From Antedon mediterranea (taxonomy: Eukaryota > Animalia > Echinodermata), in the NCBI RefSeq assembly GCF_964355755.1, contig NC_092673.1:992001-1056000 (forward strand): a DNA stretch of 64,000 nucleotides. Direction: 5' to 3'. Position numbers and translations under genes: made by a program. Within the stretch, counting starts at the first letter, position 1. The number at the start of each line of letters is the position of its first letter. This document shows positions 57,531-64,000 of the stretch, piece after piece. The notes beneath the pieces are model-generated. The model was not told the DNA's origin and ran no database searches. It saw only the letters and a program-made list of their open reading frames with translations.

Positions 57531-60279
57531 TAATATGGCATAACATGTAAATAATGCATGAAACATCTCGGGAACATCGCCCATGTGCACTAGGCGGCCT
57601 ACATCGCGCATGTGCACATGGCGGCCTACATACCAAACCAACATGTGTCATTCCTTTATCTCCTACAACCTATGTCATTTGTGCACATTTTTTATTTTGT
57701 ATGCATCACAATTAACATCAATTAAACAAAATATCGTACACATCTGTATAACTTTCGAATGTCTGAACTGTATCGGGACTTTAAATCAAGTTTTAACTGG
57801 CTACAAAATGTCAGATTCTCCACATTTAAGTGTTTTCTGCTATTAGTAAAATGACTAGTATGTTTAATCTTTTTTTGCAATCGTAAATTAAAATCGAAAA
57901 AAAATGTCTCGAGTTTTATCCTGAGTAGTAGCAAGCCAGCATTCCTTCGTCGTAGATCAACCAATATGCATCTATTTTGTACAAAATGAAAATGACTAAT
58001 TATAACACAAATGTCTTGATGTGTCATTTCGATAAATCACTTCTAAATTTGGGAAAAGGTTTTAGAAATTGTATAAAAAGAACAGCTTTATCCAACTCCC
58101 TGCTTTATCCATGCAAACACTGGATGTCACGACGGTAAGTGTGACGATGTTGCCGGGAATAAAAGTAATTATCAAAAAGGAACGCTTTTTGTACTTTAGA
58201 CATTTTTCCGCAATGAGGTGTTTCGGCAAATGAACTACATCCATAGAATTCTCCCAGACAGATAAACAAGATAAGAATGGACGCGTTAAAACTAACAAGA
58301 TGAGCAATTGCGTAGTTTAAATAGCTTAATGACTTTAATCCAGTCAAATGCAATTCTTATAGGCCTAATTGAATTAGTAAAGACGGTTTAAGCAATCAAC
58401 AAAGCAACATTAGAAAACTCATTAACGTCTCACAAACCGGAACGTGCCCAGTTTAGTTTCTCGCTGATTTTCGGCTCTTCATTATACACTATCAATGTAT
58501 AAGCATCTTATGGTCAGGTTGCGATTTAAATACTCTCTAATCTCTTCTGACTCTTTTAAACAAACACTGCATTGCAATGTTTTGCTTCGGCTTAAAAGTT
58601 AGGAAATAATACCATATCAATGTCTATATCCATTCATTTCTTTAATTTGCTCTTCCATACCTTTGTTTTCTTTTTTGTGTACAAACGAGCGTTTGGTCGT
58701 AATAATGTAAAACTTAAAATTGTGGGTCTGTGACCGTGTGCAGCAGGCACGATATTGTAGGTTGTTTATTGTACATGATACTGTAGGCTGTTTATTGTCG
58801 CTAGACATGATACTGTACACGAATCATCTCAGATTTACGAAAGCGGGTGTTTCACTTAGGCCTACATTATATAATTACATTAAACAATTTGGTATGTGTG
58901 AAATGTATTTGTACAGTTTATTTTATCAATGCACATTATAATTATGCGTGGGGCGTGACGTAACATTGCATTCATTTTTGGATTACAGTCATTTATGACA
59001 TTTTTAATGTTTGTACTTTTAAATTCCAGCGTTAACTATTTTTATTTTGTTTTCTTTCACTTTAAACATACGGAGTCGTATGGGTATTGAATGTAAACAA
59101 CTTTCGTGCCATTTGTAGAGTAATATAAAAAGGAATTTTAGGAATTGTGTATATACTTATTACCCCATCGATTAAGATGCCTAGATAGATATTATAACGA
59201 AGACTTGACAAGACAAGAAAAAAGTAACAATTGTAGAACTCATGGTGGTCTAATATTCCTCTATGCAACCGTCATACCAGACGGCGGCATTTCTTTGATC
59301 TTCTTTAAAAGGTGGACACGTCGATGTCGGTAGAAAGGCTTACCGACCAACGTCTTACTTTGTAGTCCATTTCTTGGAAGATGGTTTATTGTGACGTTAC
59401 ACGTAGGGCTTGTATCTGGACTGGGTTCGTGGCCTATTGTAATACGCACAATCTATACCATGTTGATAGACGTTTAGAAATTCAAATAATTAAAGAATGA
59501 AGGGCACTAAAAATAGTAAACTATGTATTTTGCAACTGTCACATGACATAGTGCCCTGGATTTTATTCGGATGAACGTACGCGCAATATTAACATTTGAT
59601 GGTAACATTGTATACACAGTATAGGCCTACTGCAAAATTCGAACACATCATTACCATCATCAGTCACACACATTTAATTGATTTTTTAAAAAGAATGCCT
59701 TAAATGTTTCACATTTACCAGAGTAACCACATGGCTCCTTGCTTACACTTAGTTTCCACAGTCATTTAAATTGCGTTTACGATAAAACACATTTTTGATT
59801 TTACATATTATATGGAACCGAATAACTATACGGAGTATTCGTTTTACTCGACAACCTTCGCCATCATCTGCCTTAGAAAATTCCAAACATTGTAAGTGTT
59901 TCAAATATCGCTCGATCATTTTGAGTAGCCGGCATTTTAGAAGGTTGTTGGGGTTAGTAACAAGTTCAAATTGAACAACGGCAAACACCACAACGTAATG
60001 GGTTATGAGCGGCGGCGGCGGCGCCGACATGTTTAGGCCCACTCCTTGTTTTCATAAACATCTAGATGTCATCAGTGTTTGGTATCATAATTGAGTTGAT
60101 CAGATGCCGATAGAAAAACATAATCATTACACCAAATTATGGTACGCTTCATGGTTTTGATTTCCATATAATTGGTGCATATCTGGGCTCGTCTTGTCTG
60201 GTACCTCAGGATAAGGGTTGTAATGCGACAACCTTTCGCTTCTTACGCCTGATTCACACCACAAACTGTCGCTTGAACT

Positions 60280-60475
60280 GTTCCCACTATAGACGCAACG
60301 CAAAGACGTAGACGCAACGCAAAGACGTAGACGCAACTAAAGCGAGTTGACCTATGACAATAATCCATCGTTAATGATTGGTAAAATCATGGACCTATAA
60401 ATGTTTAGGTCTATGGTCAAATCACTTACGTTGCGTTACGTCCTTGTGTTGCGTGTCTAGTGTGAAGCAAACCTT
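60280..60475. mobile_element. Degenerate MITE
   Basis: GTTCCCACTATAGACGCAACGCAAAGACGTA at the left mirrors TACGTCCTTGTGTTGCGTGTCTAGTGTGAA at the right; related sequence at 63573-63670. Confidence 0.6.
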
Positions 60476-61924
60476 GCCTCGCGCCTACTGTACTTCGATG
60501 CGTCGCGTCCTAGTATAGTAGGAAACAAGCTTTAGACTCAACGCGTACTTCGATGCGTCGCGTCCTCGCGCAACGCAAGTAATGTTACCACTCACAAGCT
60601 ATAGTGGTTCGAATAATTCGTGATGGCACGTACGTAAATGAGGAGCCGACACGCGGACAGGATAGATGACCGACACCTTATAGTAACATATCGTCTGGCT
60701 GACAGACGATGACAGATCATTTCGCAAAGTAATTAGTCAACACGAATATCAAACTCCATCCCGCGAGAGATCGTAGACCAGGGTGGTCCTAAATAGGTTC
60801 ATTTTCGTTTTGACGGCTCAATGAAGAATCTAGACGTTTAGTTACATATTTTTGCAAATTGTCATTTTGTAGCAAAATATTGCTAATACTACATACAAAA
60901 ATGTGTAATTGCTAAGTCAATGTTTTAAATACCAATTACCTTTCACTTAGACTATACTAAGTATTTCTCGACATAAACATTTTAACAAACATTAACACTT
61001 CATGTTAAATCAAGCAATGTGCCAATCATTGAATTAAACCATAGAATCATAAAACAATTCCATCAACATTTACATTTTCGTCCTGAGCGATACGCATGTA
61101 TTCCGTTTCTGTGACGGTAGAAGTTGGGGTGATTTTGTTAAAATGTACAATTTCTTGAATAAGAACATGTCACTTACTACTAGAAATTCCAGTGTCATTG
61201 AAAGTAAGAAGTACCTAGATGTAACCCATATTGTGTGCAATATGGCATTTTGCGGAAGCAACCGCAAATTGTGTTTTCCTTCGGTCATGTTAACGCATTT
61301 AAATGTGAACATAAATATTTTCAAATTGGGCCCGAATTACACGTCAAATGCAACCGCTGGTAATTTGTTTTGGCCTACGGACGTTCCGCCTTCTAGGAAA
61401 GCTAAACGATGTTTGATGACCGAGGCGATAAAGTCTGGTTCCGATCGGATATCCTCTCATTACGATGACTAGCCACCCTCCTTTGTGTTAGTTTACATAA
61501 CGCGTCATTTCGTGTCCCAATTGGGGAAATCTGAAGCGGGCTCCCTGGGTAGCTAGGTGTCCTTAAACGAGCCGACTCTTACACTTTTGATTAACCTACC
61601 TACCCAACTGAACGACTAGTCTGAAGCCATTTATATTTTCAGTATCGTTGACATAATGAAGCCTTGTTTTACTCTTGTCTACTACCCGTGTTTGTACCCT
61701 ATACCCTTGTCATGGTGAGTCTGTCCTGTCATGACTCATCCAGGCCATTTCTGCCATACGATACCCTTTTCAATCTTGTTATATAATCAATATCACATTA
61801 TTGTTTAATATCGCATGTCCATTAAAAAGTATACGTATCATATTTTATGTTCTCTCTTATCTGAAAGCTCCGACAAGCTGGATTTATTAATATACTGTGT
61901 CCAAATCGTATGTCCAGTCAACGC

Positions 61925-61996
61925 AAGGTCAACATCATGGTAAAGGTCAACGTCATGGTAAAGGTCAACATCATGGTAAATGTCAACATCATGGTA
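61925..61996. repeat. Tandem repeat, 18 bp x4
   Basis: AAGGTCAACATCATGGTA. Confidence 0.85.
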
Positions 61997-63552
61997 AATG
62001 TCATTGTTGAATTACTTGATACATGGAGAAGGGTCCCTATTCCAATCCTTTTTTTTTTTTCGATGTGTAACTTACGCTTATTTGCCAAAAGTTTCTCCTC
62101 AAACTCCAAAATCCTTCAATGCAACCATTAATCATCCCTGATAATCTTCAATATCATCATCGTCGTCATCATACCATGACATCATTGGTCATTTCTATCG
62201 CCTTTTCTTTTTCGTTTGCCGTTCCTATTGTATCAAATGTCTTGTAATGTTACTAAAGTAAAACAGTAAATCATTTCTAACATGAGATTTGTCATAATGT
62301 GATGATTCGGCAGATGCTGTGTGATTGATTGACATCTGCTGTACATCTAGTCGTGCATGACCAATTTCAGCGTGTTTTTCTTCAATTTCTTCACTTTATT
62401 TTCTAGAATTCTCACGCAATAAAGTTTTGTCTGAAGGCGTAAGCTGTATTAATTTTCACGGAATCCTTTTAACTAATTGTTTGATGAACATTGTATGTTG
62501 TGCGTTTATTTTTAGATGTACAGTAATAGATTATGATACCAGTTTCTCACGAAGGATTAATTGTTTGTATTTTTCCTTGAAATATAGATACTCACGTGAC
62601 CAACTTAATCGACGAATAATGTATACTTCTCGTCACACGCTTTCTTTTCATCTGGATTGAATTTCAATATTTATCAGTCCATGTTTTGTACTGGATTTCC
62701 CCATTTCTCATGACTTTGTTAGGGACGTAAACATCCGTGGCCGAGGGCCACTAGTATCGTGTTTAACCACACCAAAAAGGTGTTTGCGAAGGCGCCTTAC
62801 CGATGCTACATTATATTAGTAATATTATTTACGGTATATCAATATATCTGTGTTGATAAACAAAATTTTTATTCAATAGGCCTGATTAAGGTTAATAAGT
62901 TTTTCGAAACACCGCATGCTTAAAGCACTAGTATAATGCTCATTATTGTGTTCAAGTCTTATTTATAGTTTCATGTGATTCATATTTAACTATTACCAGA
63001 TATTGCATGTATTTTGGCCCGTGTCACGGACAGCAATCACCACCCTGCTTCGCCAGCCCTGGCCCGCTAAGAGTTCTTAACTCGTGCCGTATTTACGTGG
63101 CGTGACTAAATCGTTTGTAATTGCCGATTCAGGCCCACCAATGCTAGCACACCTGTGGTGGTTAACTAACAGGGGTCACACCGTGTAATGAAAACTTTGC
63201 CTCTATGTTTTGTAGATATTACGTTTGTTGTGCGTGATTCTAGATGATTTTTTGTTTCCTAAATTTGTGCGTGTAAATTTCTTAAGTAAGTTGGCAGTTT
63301 TCCCTTAGTCATTCCTCTTTGTTTTGCCAAAACAACGTGCATTGGAAAAGTAGTGAAAGAACGTATGTGCGGTTTGCTAAAAGTACAACGTTATCAAAAT
63401 GTTTAGAGATTCCTTGGCGAAGGCAGAAAACGTCTATTATGCTAATAATATTGCTTCTGTCATCATGGTATATGGAGTATATTATATAACACCCTATTCA
63501 GGGACATTCCTATTAAGGGGATACTTGTCAATGAAATAAATGAGGAGAAATG

Positions 63553-63813
63553 CCTATTGTGGGGACACCCCTAAAGCATGGTTCCCACTGGGACACAACG
63601 CAGGCGACCAATCAAAAGAGATGGATAATTCGAAGTGCCACTTGTTATTGGTCAACTTGCTTACATTGCTTTAGTTAAAATACCTATTGTGGGGATACCC
63701 TAAAGCGTGGTTCCCACTGAGACGCACCGCAGGCGAATTGACCAATCAAAAGAGATGGATAATTCGAAGTGTCACTTGTTATTGGTCAACTTGCTTACAT
63801 TGCTTTAGTTAAA
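63553..63813. repeat. Tandem duplication, ~130 bp x2, of a junction between two MITE fragments
   Basis: CCTATTGTGGGGA...GGTTCCCACTG...ACCAATCAAAAGAGATGG...TTAGTTAAAA at 63553 and 63683. Confidence 0.85.
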
Positions 63814-64000
63814 ACTTTGTTGTTGTTCAATATGCTCCATGCGCACTGGTATTTAATTTGTTGATTTGATTATTGCAACATTCATTTTGATGAGATCATA
63901 AATTCACTTTAATTTACTTTAGCGGAATTGAACACAATATTGAGAATCTTAAATAAATATAACTTTTGTTGCTCATTCTACTCGAATAAATATTTTTCAA

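Noticed and set aside
59261-59449. Minus-strand ORF whose end (FYRHRRVHLLKK) faintly resembles the FGF8 C-terminus (QHQREVHFMKR)
   Set aside because: No upstream FGF core motifs, and it is on the wrong strand for the NPM-FGF arrangement; a short chance match.

Overview
AT-rich, intron-containing animal DNA, most likely an invertebrate deuterostome such as an echinoderm. That guess is an inference from similarity to sea-urchin nucleoplasmin-family protein p62 as I recall it. I assembled two spliced genes by hand; they lie head-to-head with start codons about 0.84 kb apart. SIL1 (ER nucleotide-exchange factor for BiP) is on the minus strand with 7 coding exons, 18576..8687, 497 aa. A nucleophosmin/nucleoplasmin-family gene is on the plus strand with 13 coding exons, 19413..50721, 355 aa; it has the N-terminal core, long acidic tracts and an NPM1-type C-terminal domain ending LWNWHKNTNL. 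All introns are GT-AG and the phases are consistent. The rest is non-coding: MITEs of piggyBac-, PIF/Harbinger- and Tc1/mariner-type with visible target-site duplications, a 5S-derived SINE, tRNA-derived SINEs, a 5'-truncated LINE and more than a dozen local tandem arrays. Most ORFs in the supplied track are artefacts of those repeats. I found no CRISPR array, no intact tRNA or rRNA gene and no prokaryote-like system. The observations most worth following up are six identical splice donors behind NPM exon 10, a tandemly amplified tRNA-SINE head hit by a LINE, a C/EBP-site cluster in NPM intron 1, AGGCCTA(G) clusters shared by the SIL1 first intron and three unrelated MITEs, G-quadruplex tracts in NPM introns, and very large 3' NPM introns.
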